A stretch of 64,000 nt of DNA from Phormidesmis sp. (GCA_965248535.1 CBDFJR010000002.1:1920001-1984000); one strand, 5' to 3'; counted from the first letter of the stretch, positions 30,476 through 41,074 are shown. Numbers and translations are program-made. The notes: generated by a model not told the origin, from the sequence alone.

Positions 30476-33175
30476 TTAACTCGACACGATCGCTTTCTCG
30501 GTCACAGACGCAACCTGTCCGTTTGAGTAAACCGTCGGCTGACTCGTGGGAGCAACGACCTGCACGGGGTTGCGCGCCTCGATTAGCTGAATGGCGCGAT
30601 TGACACTCTCTGGCAAAATCACCACGAGACTGCCGGGAGTCGCCGTATCCAGCGCTTTTTGAATGGCCGCCACTTCGTCAAAAATGACTTCACACCGGGC
30701 ATCAGGCTTGGCTTGCTCAATGCCTTGATGAATCCACTTGGCTGCCTCGCCGCGATCGCGCCCTCTGGTATCGTCATCTTCTTTAATCACAATGCGATCG
30801 AAGATCTGGGCTGAGAGCGTGCCGAGAGAGATAAAATCTTCATCGCGGCGATCGCCCGGCCCCCCGATTACGCCAATGCGCTCTCCGGTCGTCCAGTTTT
30901 TGACAAAGCCGCCCAGAGCCTGATAGCTGTGAGGGTTGTGAGCGTAATCGATCAGCGCGTGAAAAGTGCCTAGATTGAACAGGTTCATGCGTCCGGGAGT
31001 TTGCTTGGTCGAGGCTTGAAAACTCACCAACGCCGCCCGAATATCTTCAATGCGAACGCCCTGAGCAAACGCCGCCAAACTTGCCGCTAACGCATTGGCA
31101 ATCATAAAGGGTGCCCGCCCGCCCAACGTTAAGGGCACATTCACCGCTTGCTCGATTCTCAGAGTCCAGTCGCCTTTGAGAATGGACAGATAGCCATTTT
31201 CATAGACGGCCGCGAGTCCGCCTCGCTGAGTGTGCGATCGCAGCAAAGCATTATCAGGATTCATAGAGAAATAGGCAATCTGTGCCGATGCTCGATTTGC
31301 CATCGCCGAAACGAGGGGATCATCGGCATTCAGCACCGCGTAGCCGTTGGGCATCGCAGATTCGGCCACCACGCTCTTAACCCGCGCCATGTCTTCAATG
31401 CTGTTGATGTCTCCTAGCCCCAAGTGGTCAGCAGCGACATTTAAGACTACTCCGACATCACAGGCGCTAAAGGCTAGCCCCGATCGTAGAATTCCACCGC
31501 GGGCGCTCTCTAAAATTGCGACTTCCACCGTTGGGTCTTGCAAAATCAGTTGAGCACTTTGCGGGCCAGTGTTATCACCTGGCTCGACTAAATAATCACC
31601 AATATAGGTGCCATCGGTCGTCGTGTAACCCACCACTTGCTGAGTTTGTCTGAAGATGTGGGCAATTAAGCGAGTTGTCGTCGTTTTGCCGTTGGTGCCC
31701 GTGACAGCCACGATCGGCACTCGACCGGGCGACCCCGGCGGAAACAGCATATTGATCACAGGCTCGGCCACATTGCGAGGAATGCCTTCACTGGGGCAGA
31801 TGTGCATCCGAAACCCAGGAGCCGCATTGACTTCAACGATCACTCCATCTACGTCACGCAGAGGCTTTGAGATATCAGACGTGACGATATCAATTCCGGC
31901 AATGTCTAGCCCGATGATCTTGACCACTCGCTGTGCTAGCCAAATGGTTTCGGGGTGAATATCATCGGTGCGATCGACCGCAATGCCGCCCGTGCTGAGA
32001 TTCGCCGTGGCCCGCAGATAGCAAACCTCACCGACGGCCAGCGTGGTATCAAGGGTGTAGCCTTTTTGATCTAAAAGCTGCCAGGTAGTGCGATCGACCT
32101 CAATCTTGGTCAAAACGTTGTCATGGCCCTCCCCGCGTCGGGGATCGCCGTTGGTTTCTTCGATTAGCTCGCTGATGGTGGAGGTGCCATCGCCAGTGAC
32201 GTGAGCCGGAATCCGCTCGGCAACGGCAACGACTTTGCCATTGATCACGAGAACGCGGTGATCGCGCCCTTCATAAAACCGCTCGACGATCACTGCTTTA
32301 GACACTTCTTTGGCTGCGTCGTAGGCGGCCTCTGCCTGTTCCCACTCGTTGATGTTGATGGTGATGCCGCGGCCGTGGTTGCCGTTGAGCGGTTTGACCA
32401 CGATCGGGTAGCCGCCCAGATCGGTGATCGCGTCTCTCAACTCGTCTAAGTAATTAATCACGGTGCCGCGAGGAACCGGAATGCCTGAGGCTCGCAAGAT
32501 CTGCTTGGTGCCCTCTTTGTCGCAGGCCAGTTCTACGCCTAAAACGCTGGTACGATCGCTCAACGTTGCCTGAAGTTTCTTTTGATGAACGCCATACCCT
32601 AGCTGAATCATGGCCCGCGTCCCTAACTCCATCCAGGGAATTCCACGGGCTTCGGCTTCTTTGACCAACGTCTCGGTGCTGGGGCCCAAAGCTGCATCTG
32701 CCGCAAAGTCGCGCAGATCTTTCAGATCTTGCTCCAACTCTTCTTCCGAATAGGTTCCGGTAGCAATCACGCTTTCGCAGAGCCGCACAGCAGCCCGAGC
32801 CGCATAGCGTCCCGCTTGCTCATTTTCATATTCAATCACCACCTGGTAGGTGCCGGGGGTCGCTGTCTCACGGGTGCGCCCAAACCCAACGGGCATCCCC
32901 GCCAATTCTTGAAGCTCCAGCGCCACATGCTCAATGATGTGCCCCATCATGGTGCCTTCCAAAACCCGGCTTAGAAAGCCACCCCGGCAGCCAGGAGAGC
33001 AAAAATGCTCGACTAAACTAGGCAGCGTCGAGACTAAACCCTCATAAAAGCCAGGAATCTCACTGGAGGGCGATTCTGCTAAGTCTTCCAAATCTAGGCG
33101 CATGATCACGAGTTTGTGTCGTCGAATGCTCCAATAATTGGGGCCGCGTAGCGTCTGGATCTTGAGTATTTTCAT
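30476..33175 (-). CDS. cphA: Cyanophycin synthetase CphA1
   Basis: LRGPNYWS, EHFCSPGCRGGF, ATP-grasp domain plus Mur-ligase domain (GTNGKTTT, DYAHNP). Confidence 0.97.
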   Translation of the reverse strand: MKILKIQTLRGPNYWSIRRHKLVIMRLDLEDLAESPSSEIPGFYEGLVSTLPSLVEHFCSPGCRGGFLSRVLEGTMMGHIIEHVALELQELAGMPVGFGRTRETATPGTYQVVIEYENEQAGRYAARAAVRLCESVIATGTYSEEELEQDLKDLRDFAADAALGPSTETLVKEAEARGIPWMELGTRAMIQLGYGVHQKKLQATLSDRTSVLGVELACDKEGTKQILRASGIPVPRGTVINYLDELRDAITDLGGYPIVVKPLNGNHGRGITININEWEQAEAAYDAAKEVSKAVIVERFYEGRDHRVLVINGKVVAVAERIPAHVTGDGTSTISELIEETNGDPRRGEGHDNVLTKIEVDRTTWQLLDQKGYTLDTTLAVGEVCYLRATANLSTGGIAVDRTDDIHPETIWLAQRVVKIIGLDIAGIDIVTSDISKPLRDVDGVIVEVNAAPGFRMHICPSEGIPRNVAEPVINMLFPPGSPGRVPIVAVTGTNGKTTTTRLIAHIFRQTQQVVGYTTTDGTYIGDYLVEPGDNTGPQSAQLILQDPTVEVAILESARGGILRSGLAFSACDVGVVLNVAADHLGLGDINSIEDMARVKSVVAESAMPNGYAVLNADDPLVSAMANRASAQIAYFSMNPDNALLRSHTQRGGLAAVYENGYLSILKGDWTLRIEQAVNVPLTLGGRAPFMIANALAASLAAFAQGVRIEDIRAALVSFQASTKQTPGRMNLFNLGTFHALIDYAHNPHSYQALGGFVKNWTTGERIGVIGGPGDRRDEDFISLGTLSAQIFDRIVIKEDDDTRGRDRGEAAKWIHQGIEQAKPDARCEVIFDEVAAIQKALDTATPGSLVVILPESVNRAIQLIEARNPVQVVAPTSQPTVYSNGQVASVTEKAIVSS

Positions 33176-33613
33176 AAGGCTAGGTTAAGAGATGAAAGGC
33201 TAACTGCAAACGTGCAGCCGATGACAAGCAGCTATCTAAGGAGATCAGGTAAAGAGTCGTCTAAGAGAAGCCATAGCTCAGTTTCGAGGGCCTAAAACTC
33301 TTGAACTGCTCACTGTGAACAGTTCACCCTAAGAGTTATCGCCAAATCATTCGATACGTTAAGCAATGGGATCAGCAAAGGAAGTCACTCAGGCATAGAT
33401 TCAATATTACAAAATGTAAGTGATAAATAATTTGTAATGCAGTCTATTAAAAGTTGTGAATTTGCTCTACGGGAAACTTACCACGACAGGTGCCTGAATT
33501 TAGAGATTAACTTGCAAATTTCTTTGGAAGCGAGGGGCAACGTTAAGAATAAAAAACAAATAAGATAGCCTTATCTAGCGTTCTTAGTTCTTAATCTTAC
33601 CGATCGACCGTTG

Positions 33614-34465
33614 TTATTGCGGAGAACGGGTCGAAAGTCGCTTGTTAAGATCATAGCGGCATCCCTGACTCAAGATATGAACTTTTAAGTTGCAGATGCA
33701 CAGCGGGTCAGCTAGAGCTACGGTAGCGCGATTGGTGTAGGTCATCTCGCCGGGGTCAATGATGGTGACTGTGCCTTTGCCTAAAACTTGGAGAGTGCCA
33801 TCTCCTTCAAACAGGGCGCAGGTGTCTTCGTCAATGCCAATCCCCAACCGATCGGGGTGAGCCGCGATCGCGCTCATCAGGCGAGCCATCCGATTGCGAT
33901 TGTGAAAGTGTTGATCGACAATCACTTCAGGAATAATTCCTAGCCCCAAGGTCATATCGACTAGAGAAGAATTGGGAGATTCACCGCTGCCGCCGCCTGC
34001 AATCATGTGATAACCCATCACCGCAGCCCCGGCACTGGTTCCGGCTAGGGTGACTGAGCCAGACTGAGCGCGGGCCAGCACGATCTCCATAATCGGCGTA
34101 TCTGACAGCAGCGCGCAAAGCCGTAGCTGATCGCCACCCGTCATAAAGATGCCCGTGCAATTGCGGACATATTCCTGCAAGATTGGATCATCGCACTGGA
34201 CGCGATCGCAGATGTTGAGAACCTCGATCGCTTTTGCGCCCATCTCAGTGAAAATTGCGCGATATCGCTCTCCGATCACGTCTGGCTCACGAGATGCACA
34301 AGGAAAAATGGCAATGCGAGCCTCTTCACCGCCAGCCCGCCAAAAAAAGCTGCGGAGGATATCGCGCCCATGCACTTTGTCTTCCGCTCCCCCAATGACC
34401 ATAATGGCGGTATTTGTGGGTTGAGGCATCTTTGATTTCAGGGATTGCAAGGCTAACTCTATCAT
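33614..34465 (-). CDS. cphB: Cyanophycinase
   Basis: IGGAEDK, TGGDQLR, GTSAGAA, DQHF, GIDEDT; start 34465 or 34504. Confidence 0.96.
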   Translation of the reverse strand: MIELALQSLKSKMPQPTNTAIMVIGGAEDKVHGRDILRSFFWRAGGEEARIAIFPCASREPDVIGERYRAIFTEMGAKAIEVLNICDRVQCDDPILQEYVRNCTGIFMTGGDQLRLCALLSDTPIMEIVLARAQSGSVTLAGTSAGAAVMGYHMIAGGGSGESPNSSLVDMTLGLGIIPEVIVDQHFHNRNRMARLMSAIAAHPDRLGIGIDEDTCALFEGDGTLQVLGKGTVTIIDPGEMTYTNRATVALADPLCICNLKVHILSQGCRYDLNKRLSTRSPQ

Positions 34466-34691
34466 GGGTGTCTCTGGGACGTGAAACACATCAATGGAGG
34501 ACAATCGAAAGGCTGGTTTTGATCCAATCTCATCGGCTGGACAAGCCAGCTAAAGGCATAACATTAAACTTTTGTTAATACGAATCATGCCAGATTATTA
34601 ACCATAAGTTAAGTAATTAAAAGACTTTTGTGTGTAAACTCCTGCCGATCGCTTGACCTGGCAATTTCCTTTATCCCCATTGCCTTCCTTT

Positions 34692-35402
34692 ATGCGCTTT
34701 GACATCGTAACCTTATTTCCCGACTTCTTCGCCTCCCCCCTCAGTTCAGGGTTGCTCGGAAAAGCCCTCGCTAAAGAAATCGCGACCGTCCATTTGATCA
34801 ACCCCCGTGAGTTTGCCCTCGACAAGCACCGCCGAGTCGATGACGAGCCTTATGGGGGCGGGGTGGGCATGTTGATTAAGCCAGAACCCGTTTTTGCTGC
34901 CGTCGAATCATTGCCGATATTGCCCCGACGGCAGGTGATTTTTATGACCCCCCAAGGCACCCCGATGACTCAACCGCTACTGAAAGAACTGGTTGTTGAT
35001 TATGATCAACTTGTCATCCTTTGTGGACATTATGAAGGCATTGATGAACGGGTGCTCAACTTGGTCGATCGCGAGATCTCTCTGGGCGATTTTGTGCTCA
35101 CCTGTGGAGAAATCCCAGCACTGGCCTTATTAAATGGCACGGTTAGGCTGCTGCCCGGCACGATCGGCAAAGAAGAGTCTCTAAAAACTGAAAGCTTTGA
35201 GGCCGGCTTGCTCGATTACCCTCAATACACCCGGCCGTTTGTGTTTAGGGAATGGGAAGTGCCAAACGTGTTGAGATCAGGGAACCATGCAGAAATCGAT
35301 CGCTGGCGCAAAGAGCAGCAGATCGAGCGAACCCGGATTCGTCGCCCCGATCTCTATCAGCAGTGGTTGGAAAAAGAAAATCAGGGAGCAGATGTCAGCT
35401 AA
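34692..35402 (+). CDS. trmD: tRNA (guanine37-N1)-methyltransferase
   Basis: VDDEPYGGGVGM, CGHYEGIDER, SLGDFVLTCGE, YPQYTRP. Confidence 0.97.
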   Translation: MRFDIVTLFPDFFASPLSSGLLGKALAKEIATVHLINPREFALDKHRRVDDEPYGGGVGMLIKPEPVFAAVESLPILPRRQVIFMTPQGTPMTQPLLKELVVDYDQLVILCGHYEGIDERVLNLVDREISLGDFVLTCGEIPALALLNGTVRLLPGTIGKEESLKTESFEAGLLDYPQYTRPFVFREWEVPNVLRSGNHAEIDRWRKEQQIERTRIRRPDLYQQWLEKENQGADVS

Positions 35403-35422
35403 AGCGCCGTTGAGTCAACAAG

Positions 35423-36391
35423 ATGAATGCTATGAGAAGAGATTTCAAGCTTTTTTGCACCACCGTTGCCAGCTATGGTTTGCTGAGTTCCCTCAGTTTG
35501 CCGATCGTCTCGCTGCAAGGCAACGCCTTAGACTTCACAAACGCCGCCTACGCGAAAAGCAGTGGCGGACGCAGCAGTGGTGGCTCATTTCGCAGTTCGC
35601 CGTCTCGATCGAGCGGGTCGTCTAGCAACCCCAACAACTCTGGCGGCTATAGTGGCGGCGGCTATGTGCCCTACGGAGGTTCGTCTTATGGTTATGGATA
35701 TGGCGCGAACCCGATCGGCGGATTGGGTCTGCTGTTGGTGATGCTGCTGTTAGTAGGGGGCGGTGGATTTCTGATCTGGATGCTGATTTCTGCTAGAAAA
35801 GGTCTCGGCCCTAAGTCAGAACTAGAGAACGATAAAGTAACGGTCAGCAAACTCCAAGTGGCCCTATTGGCCGAAGGTCGCGCTCTTCAGCCGCAGCTAT
35901 CCGAAATTGTCCAGAACGCCGACACTGAGACATCCGAGGGGCTTCAGAGAGAACTCCAAGAAGTAGTTTTAGCGCTGTTGAGAATGCCAGAAAACTGGAG
36001 TCATGTGTCCGCCAGTTCGCAAACGGTCAAAACTCGCGAAGAGGCGGAGACATTATTTAATCAAGCCTCGATCGCCGAGCGCAGCAACTTCAGTGTTGAA
36101 ACCTTGACCAATGTCGGGGGCAAAGTCACCACCAAGACCTTTACGCCTGATCTGGACGAAGATCCTGCGTCTTATATTGTGGTGACGCTAATTGTCGGAA
36201 CGGCAGATGACAAGCCATTATTTAAAGATGTCCGCACCACGCAGGCCCTCAAAGAGACTCTAGAGAAGCTTGCGTCGATCAACGCCGACTATTTAATGGT
36301 GTTTGAATTGCTCTGGAGTCCCCAAGATGAGACCGATCGTCTCACCTATGACGAGTTGCTCACTGAATATTCAACCATGATGCAAATCTAA
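35423..36391 (+). CDS. DUF1517 family protein (FLAP1-like)
   Basis: SGGRSSGGSF, VSKLQVALL, YIVVTLIVG, LLWSPQ. Confidence 0.87.
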   Translation: MNAMRRDFKLFCTTVASYGLLSSLSLPIVSLQGNALDFTNAAYAKSSGGRSSGGSFRSSPSRSSGSSSNPNNSGGYSGGGYVPYGGSSYGYGYGANPIGGLGLLLVMLLLVGGGGFLIWMLISARKGLGPKSELENDKVTVSKLQVALLAEGRALQPQLSEIVQNADTETSEGLQRELQEVVLALLRMPENWSHVSASSQTVKTREEAETLFNQASIAERSNFSVETLTNVGGKVTTKTFTPDLDEDPASYIVVTLIVGTADDKPLFKDVRTTQALKETLEKLASINADYLMVFELLWSPQDETDRLTYDELLTEYSTMMQI

Positions 36392-36405
36392 GCAAACTCA
36401 GAAGT

Positions 36406-36762
36406 CTATTCTGCCAGAGCAGAACCGTCGGGTTTGACTTGAGGCAAACCGAGGCTGTAGTTGAGCACGCGGCTGTTGAGGTTGTAGGAAATTTCGCCTT
36501 TGTTGAGCAACGATCGCACCAAATGCTCTAAGTCTGACCCAATGCGACGCAGATTATAATCGGTCAAATCAGCCCCGCTAGACGACTCGACTAACTCATC
36601 AAATTTGCGATAGATTTTTTGCAGGGCATCATCGTTCCAGTTCAATTCATTATCTGGGTCAACGTCTAGCGTCAAGACGTTTTCACTCGGAACAAGCTCA
36701 TTCTTTTCAACTTCAGCCGTAAAAATACGAATGTGGCGGGTGGTGGACTTCACTAAGGTCAT
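36406..36762 (-). CDS. ndhM: NDH-1 complex subunit M
   Basis: KSTTRHIRIFTAE, LDVDPDNE, YNLRRIGSDLE. Confidence 0.95.
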   Translation of the reverse strand: MTLVKSTTRHIRIFTAEVEKNELVPSENVLTLDVDPDNELNWNDDALQKIYRKFDELVESSSGADLTDYNLRRIGSDLEHLVRSLLNKGEISYNLNSRVLNYSLGLPQVKPDGSALAE

Positions 36763-36927
36763 AAAATTACTCGGCTGAACTGGGTATACAAAACTTGCTA
36801 CTGCAATTGTAATCGGACTTTAGCCCCAAACACTCTCAACCATTGGCGACATTCCAATAGAAGTTTTCAATGCTAGAACTTGAACAATACCAATGTCTAG
36901 CCCCCATTCCACTCGTTTGGTTTTACG

Positions 36928-37671
36928 ATGTCTAAAGTGCTCAAACTCCTGTTCATTCGTCACGCTCAATCGACTGGCAACCAGCAAAAACGGATGCAAG
37001 GACACGGAGATTTTGAGCTTTCTAGCACGGGCAAAATGCAGGCAGAGAAACTCGCGCACTATCTTTTGGCAGAATCCTGGCATCCGTCTCACGTCTATAG
37101 CAGCCCGCTTAAACGTGCGGCTCAAACCACAGAAATCTTGTTATCGTCCTTTCAATTAGCGCCGCTGCCTGCCACGGTGAGTGATTTGATCGATCCATCG
37201 GCCGAGTCTTCATCCACTGAGCTAGAGGCGAAGGATGCCGCGATCGCTATCCACTATGCTAACGAACTCAAAGAATTTCAAAACGGAATTCTCAAAGGGT
37301 TAACCTGGGCTGAGGCGCGCAGTCGCTATCCTGACCTGTGCCGCCGTCTAGAAGCCTCCCCCGACTGGATTCAGATTCCCGAAGCTGAGTCACTGCACGA
37401 TGCCCGCACTCGCGCCCGTCAATTTATCACGCAGTTGATTGAGCGCCACACCGACGGCGATCGGGTGTGGATTGTCAGCCATAGCTGGATCTTGCAGCAT
37501 CTCATCGCTGAATTGTTAGGCAGCGATCGCTCTTGGCGAGTCAGAGCCAGCAACACCGCCCTGTTTGAGTTTTGGATCGACCGATCGCGCTGGCACCAAA
37601 CCAGTCAAAACCGCTTTAACACTGACCTTTGGCAGATTCGTCGCTTCAACGATTCTCGTCACCTTAACTAG
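36928..37671 (+). CDS. Histidine phosphatase (phosphoglycerate mutase family)
   Basis: FIRHAQS, SSPLKRA, IVSH. Confidence 0.88.
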   Translation: MSKVLKLLFIRHAQSTGNQQKRMQGHGDFELSSTGKMQAEKLAHYLLAESWHPSHVYSSPLKRAAQTTEILLSSFQLAPLPATVSDLIDPSAESSSTELEAKDAAIAIHYANELKEFQNGILKGLTWAEARSRYPDLCRRLEASPDWIQIPEAESLHDARTRARQFITQLIERHTDGDRVWIVSHSWILQHLIAELLGSDRSWRVRASNTALFEFWIDRSRWHQTSQNRFNTDLWQIRRFNDSRHLN

Positions 37672-37775
37672 GCAGACATCTACGAAGAAATTGATGATTC
37701 ATCTACCCATCTACAGATCTCCTGTTATCATGACTTCTTAATCAAGCCGATCGGGGTTCATTCCACACCAAACTG

Positions 37776-38615
37776 ATGAGCATGACAGTGGATTCGGTTA
37801 ACGATATCTTTCGACAGGCCCACCAGGGAAGCGTCGCAGCCATTATTCAAGTGCTGAACGACAAGCTTGCAGATTCTGGTGTCAGAACACGCGCTATCTT
37901 TGCCAACGGCATTTTGCAACTGCTTTGTGAGGCTCCGACCGAGGCGCAACTCGATCAAACGCTGCTGACCGATCGGGTGCGAAAAATCTTAGAAGCGATC
38001 GAGCCTCGCAGCGTGCGCCGGGTTAACATCAACAGCCGCATTGTCCGCGAACAGCAATTATTGTGGCTCGAAGAAATCAGCCGTGACCCCGATGGGCAGG
38101 TGCTTTGGTCAAAAGAAATCACGCTAGCGCGCAAAAATCCTCTCAAGCGATTTCTAACCGATTGGCGAACCGACCGCCTTGAAAGCCTCGATCGCCCCCG
38201 ATCGATCTCTCCTCACTTGATCCGTGAAAAACGCCAATTCACTAAAGGCATCGTCGGCGGATTGGGGTTAAGCGCCGGATTGCTATTAGCAGGTTGGGGA
38301 GTCTACACCTGGCAAACCGGACGATCGCTCCTAGTTCCAGCATCTCAGCCCAAAGATGCAGCCAGAGAATCGGAAAGCGTGATCAAGCCCGAACCGGACA
38401 ATTTTGCAACGGCAGTTCGCTTGGCAGAGCGGGCCTCCGAAATCGGCAAAACAGCGCAAACCCCCGACCAGTGGCGCAACTTAGCCGATACTTGGGGCAA
38501 AGCCTCAATATTAATGGGAACGGTTCCGGCTAGCGACAAGCGCTATGCGATCGCCCTCGATCGCACAGCCCTCTACCGCAGATACGAAGAGTCGGCCCTG
38601 CAAAAAGTGAAATAA
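37776..38615 (+). CDS. Hypothetical single-TM protein
   Basis: 279-aa ORF with a central TM helix and a helical C-terminus. Confidence 0.75.
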   Translation: MSMTVDSVNDIFRQAHQGSVAAIIQVLNDKLADSGVRTRAIFANGILQLLCEAPTEAQLDQTLLTDRVRKILEAIEPRSVRRVNINSRIVREQQLLWLEEISRDPDGQVLWSKEITLARKNPLKRFLTDWRTDRLESLDRPRSISPHLIREKRQFTKGIVGGLGLSAGLLLAGWGVYTWQTGRSLLVPASQPKDAARESESVIKPEPDNFATAVRLAERASEIGKTAQTPDQWRNLADTWGKASILMGTVPASDKRYAIALDRTALYRRYEESALQKVK

Positions 38616-38675
38616 CGGCTACGGCCCTTCAGGACAAACGCATCTTAAACCCAACTTTGACCTTCGGGTCTAACG

Positions 38676-38762
38676 AGCTAACGTTCCGGTTGAGTAGGTG
38701 CGAACATCCTCTGCATCCACACCAAAACATTGAGGCGGTCTGCTCCGACCAGATTGTTGGCT
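38676..38762 (-). mobile_element. Integron attC-like recombination site (87 bp)
   Basis: Minus strand, 4 nt after the stop codon: R'' AGCCAAC - 5 nt - L'' GGTCGGAG ... L' CTCAACC - 5 nt - R' GTTAGCT. Confidence 0.62.
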
Positions 38763-38766
38763 TGTG

Positions 38767-39180
38767 CTATCCATCGAACCATTTTCCATCTACGAACCAA
38801 TCTCCAATCGCCTCGCGATATGTCAATAGCCCTTTGAAACTTGTTAACACCTCAAGAGTTATGAAGTATTCGTCTAGATAGTCACACTCATAATCTGTCT
38901 CAAGACTCCATACTTCGACCCGGCGACAACAAGTTGCAGCTTCCTGCATTCGCAGATCGTTCGGGCTATCCCTTGCACCCTCTTGGTGCTCCTCTAACAC
39001 AGATGGCTCGTCCGCCAAACCAACTTCAAAATCCCAATCTCCCCAACAAACAGTGAATACCTTTTCACGGTAGTCCTTGATGGTAACGCTGGTCAGTGCC
39101 CCCAATTTTTTAGCGGCTGATTCCATCGAAAAATCGCTGTCATCTTTGATAAAGATAAACGTGTTGTAAGCGTTTGACAA
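38767..39180 (-). CDS. Acidic orphan protein (cassette-like)
   Basis: GGAGG RBS 5 nt before TTG 39180; D/E-rich; no perfect HIP1 octamer seen. Confidence 0.7.
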   Translation of the reverse strand: MSNAYNTFIFIKDDSDFSMESAAKKLGALTSVTIKDYREKVFTVCWGDWDFEVGLADEPSVLEEHQEGARDSPNDLRMQEAATCCRRVEVWSLETDYECDYLDEYFITLEVLTSFKGLLTYREAIGDWFVDGKWFDG

Positions 39181-39379
39181 AGTTGCCTCCAATAGCACAA
39201 GACGTGGCTAAATCGAATGTAGGAAGATTAACCGTAATGACACAACCGCGATGGTACTAGTACTTCAGTCATTCCAACCTCATGCGAAGCTGGAGCGGCT
39301 TACTCCGAAAATGTACAAATGGAGCACCAGCTTTGATTGCTGCACTCAATTCTTGATGAAGTCATCTTGCTGCAACTCG

Positions 39380-41074
39380 CTAATCAATGCTTCGCCCTCG
39401 CACCGTTGGCACTCGTTTAGGAATAGCGATCGGGGCTTGCTCGATCGTCCGCTCTTGCACACGATGAGTCTGAAAGTGCTTCCGCCACTCTTCGGGCGCA
39501 TTCAGCGTTTCGCCCCCGTGCTTGGTGAGCCGTTGCCGCACTTTGCACAAAACCGGAGTGTTGACACACGCCCCAGATATAATCACCTGTCCTTTAGTCA
39601 GTGCAGGTAATTCTTTCAGCAAATCTCGACCTGCTGCCTCGACTCCATGCTTCAGGCTCTCCTGATCCACCGGATTCACAATCCGCATGATGAACTGACT
39701 CATACACTGCGACAGCACATCTGAGTCAATCTTGCCCGGACGCTGGGTAATCAGCCCGATGCCCACCCCAAATTTTCGACCCTCACTGAGAATAGTTCTC
39801 AGCACGGCTTTACAGCGAGACGGCTCGTGGGCTGGGGCAAAGCGATGCGCTTCCTCAATTAAAATGAACACGGGGTAGGGCAGATAATTTTCGTCGCTGC
39901 TTTCCGTCAGCCCGCGATGGGTGTTCATGCGCGCTTGGTTAGATTGTCGCAGCACCGCCGCACAGATCACCTGCTGCTCATCTTGACTAATCTCATTCAT
40001 TTGCAGCACCGTGACTTGCCCCGGCTCAAACAAATCTTTGGGGCTAACCGTGTGCTCAAAGGTGTGAAAATAGTCCGATCGCTCCAGTCGCTCTAGCTTC
40101 CACTCCAAGGCAGGAGCCGACGATCCCTGTTTGAGATTGCCTTCGTCGTCTTCCTGCACGTCTGCCTCCCGCACCGCCGCAATCAAATCTTGAATGCCCC
40201 AGCGATAGTCGCCTTTTTTATGCTTTTGCAGCAGTCTGTAGGCTTTGTTGAGAATCGACTGCTGGCGATCGCTCATCTCTGGCAGCAGCGTCAAAATATC
40301 TGAATAATCCAGCGAAGACACCCGAATCCGAATATCTTCTGGCTTCAACACCTTCACCTTGGGCGAATAACCATCAGGGTCTTGAAACGCAGGATGACCG
40401 CGCATTTCGGTTAGGGTGCCATATTCCCCGTGAGGGTCGAGAATCAGCACCGCCGCCCGATTGTGGGGCAACAGCAACTCTTCGACCAAAACGCCCGCCG
40501 TGTAGGATTTTCCCGATCCCGTCCCGGCCAAAATGGCCATGTGGGTGCTGACTAATTCTTTGACATCGAGCGCGATCGGCACGGCACCCGCTTCTCTCAG
40601 CAGCAGCGACCCGATGTGAGCCGACCCCATCTCTTGGGGCTGTTTGCGGTTGAGAATCAGCCTCAACATCCCATCGTCTGCCAGACAGACCTTCGCGCCA
40701 GGATTGGGACTCTTGCGGGGATTCATAAACCCCAACGATCGGTCAAAATAACCAATCACATCCACGCTAACTTCATAAATCTCAGGATTGTCATAGGTGA
40801 AACCCACCAGAGCCGCGATCGCTTCGGGGCTAATCTCCGTATCGGCAAAGATACGATCTGGCAAATGATCAATCAGCCGCCGCGCCGAAATTTTGCCTAA
40901 AATCTTAAACGCACTCTCGCCTTCTTGGACTTCGTAATAGACATATTCGCCAATCTTGACCGAGCGATTGTCAGACGTGATAAACACATACTGATTGCCG
41001 TTTTCGCCTGGGCCTTTGACCGTGCCAATCACCTTGGGAGGCATAGACGTTTGATTTAGGATCATGCTTGCCAA
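39380..41074 (-). CDS. herA: HerA/FtsK-family ATPase (HAS barrel plus DUF87)
   Basis: HMAILAGTGSGKS, LDPHGEY, IEEAHRF, EGRKFGVG, ITQRP; start uncertain. Confidence 0.88.
   Translation of the reverse strand: MASMILNQTSMPPKVIGTVKGPGENGNQYVFITSDNRSVKIGEYVYYEVQEGESAFKILGKISARRLIDHLPDRIFADTEISPEAIAALVGFTYDNPEIYEVSVDVIGYFDRSLGFMNPRKSPNPGAKVCLADDGMLRLILNRKQPQEMGSAHIGSLLLREAGAVPIALDVKELVSTHMAILAGTGSGKSYTAGVLVEELLLPHNRAAVLILDPHGEYGTLTEMRGHPAFQDPDGYSPKVKVLKPEDIRIRVSSLDYSDILTLLPEMSDRQQSILNKAYRLLQKHKKGDYRWGIQDLIAAVREADVQEDDEGNLKQGSSAPALEWKLERLERSDYFHTFEHTVSPKDLFEPGQVTVLQMNEISQDEQQVICAAVLRQSNQARMNTHRGLTESSDENYLPYPVFILIEEAHRFAPAHEPSRCKAVLRTILSEGRKFGVGIGLITQRPGKIDSDVLSQCMSQFIMRIVNPVDQESLKHGVEAAGRDLLKELPALTKGQVIISGACVNTPVLCKVRQRLTKHGGETLNAPEEWRKHFQTHRVQERTIEQAPIAIPKRVPTVRGRSID

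Noticed and set aside
33434..33447. NtcA site upstream of cphA
   Set aside because: Reads GTA-N8-TAT, a mismatch in AT-rich DNA; not supportable from sequence alone.
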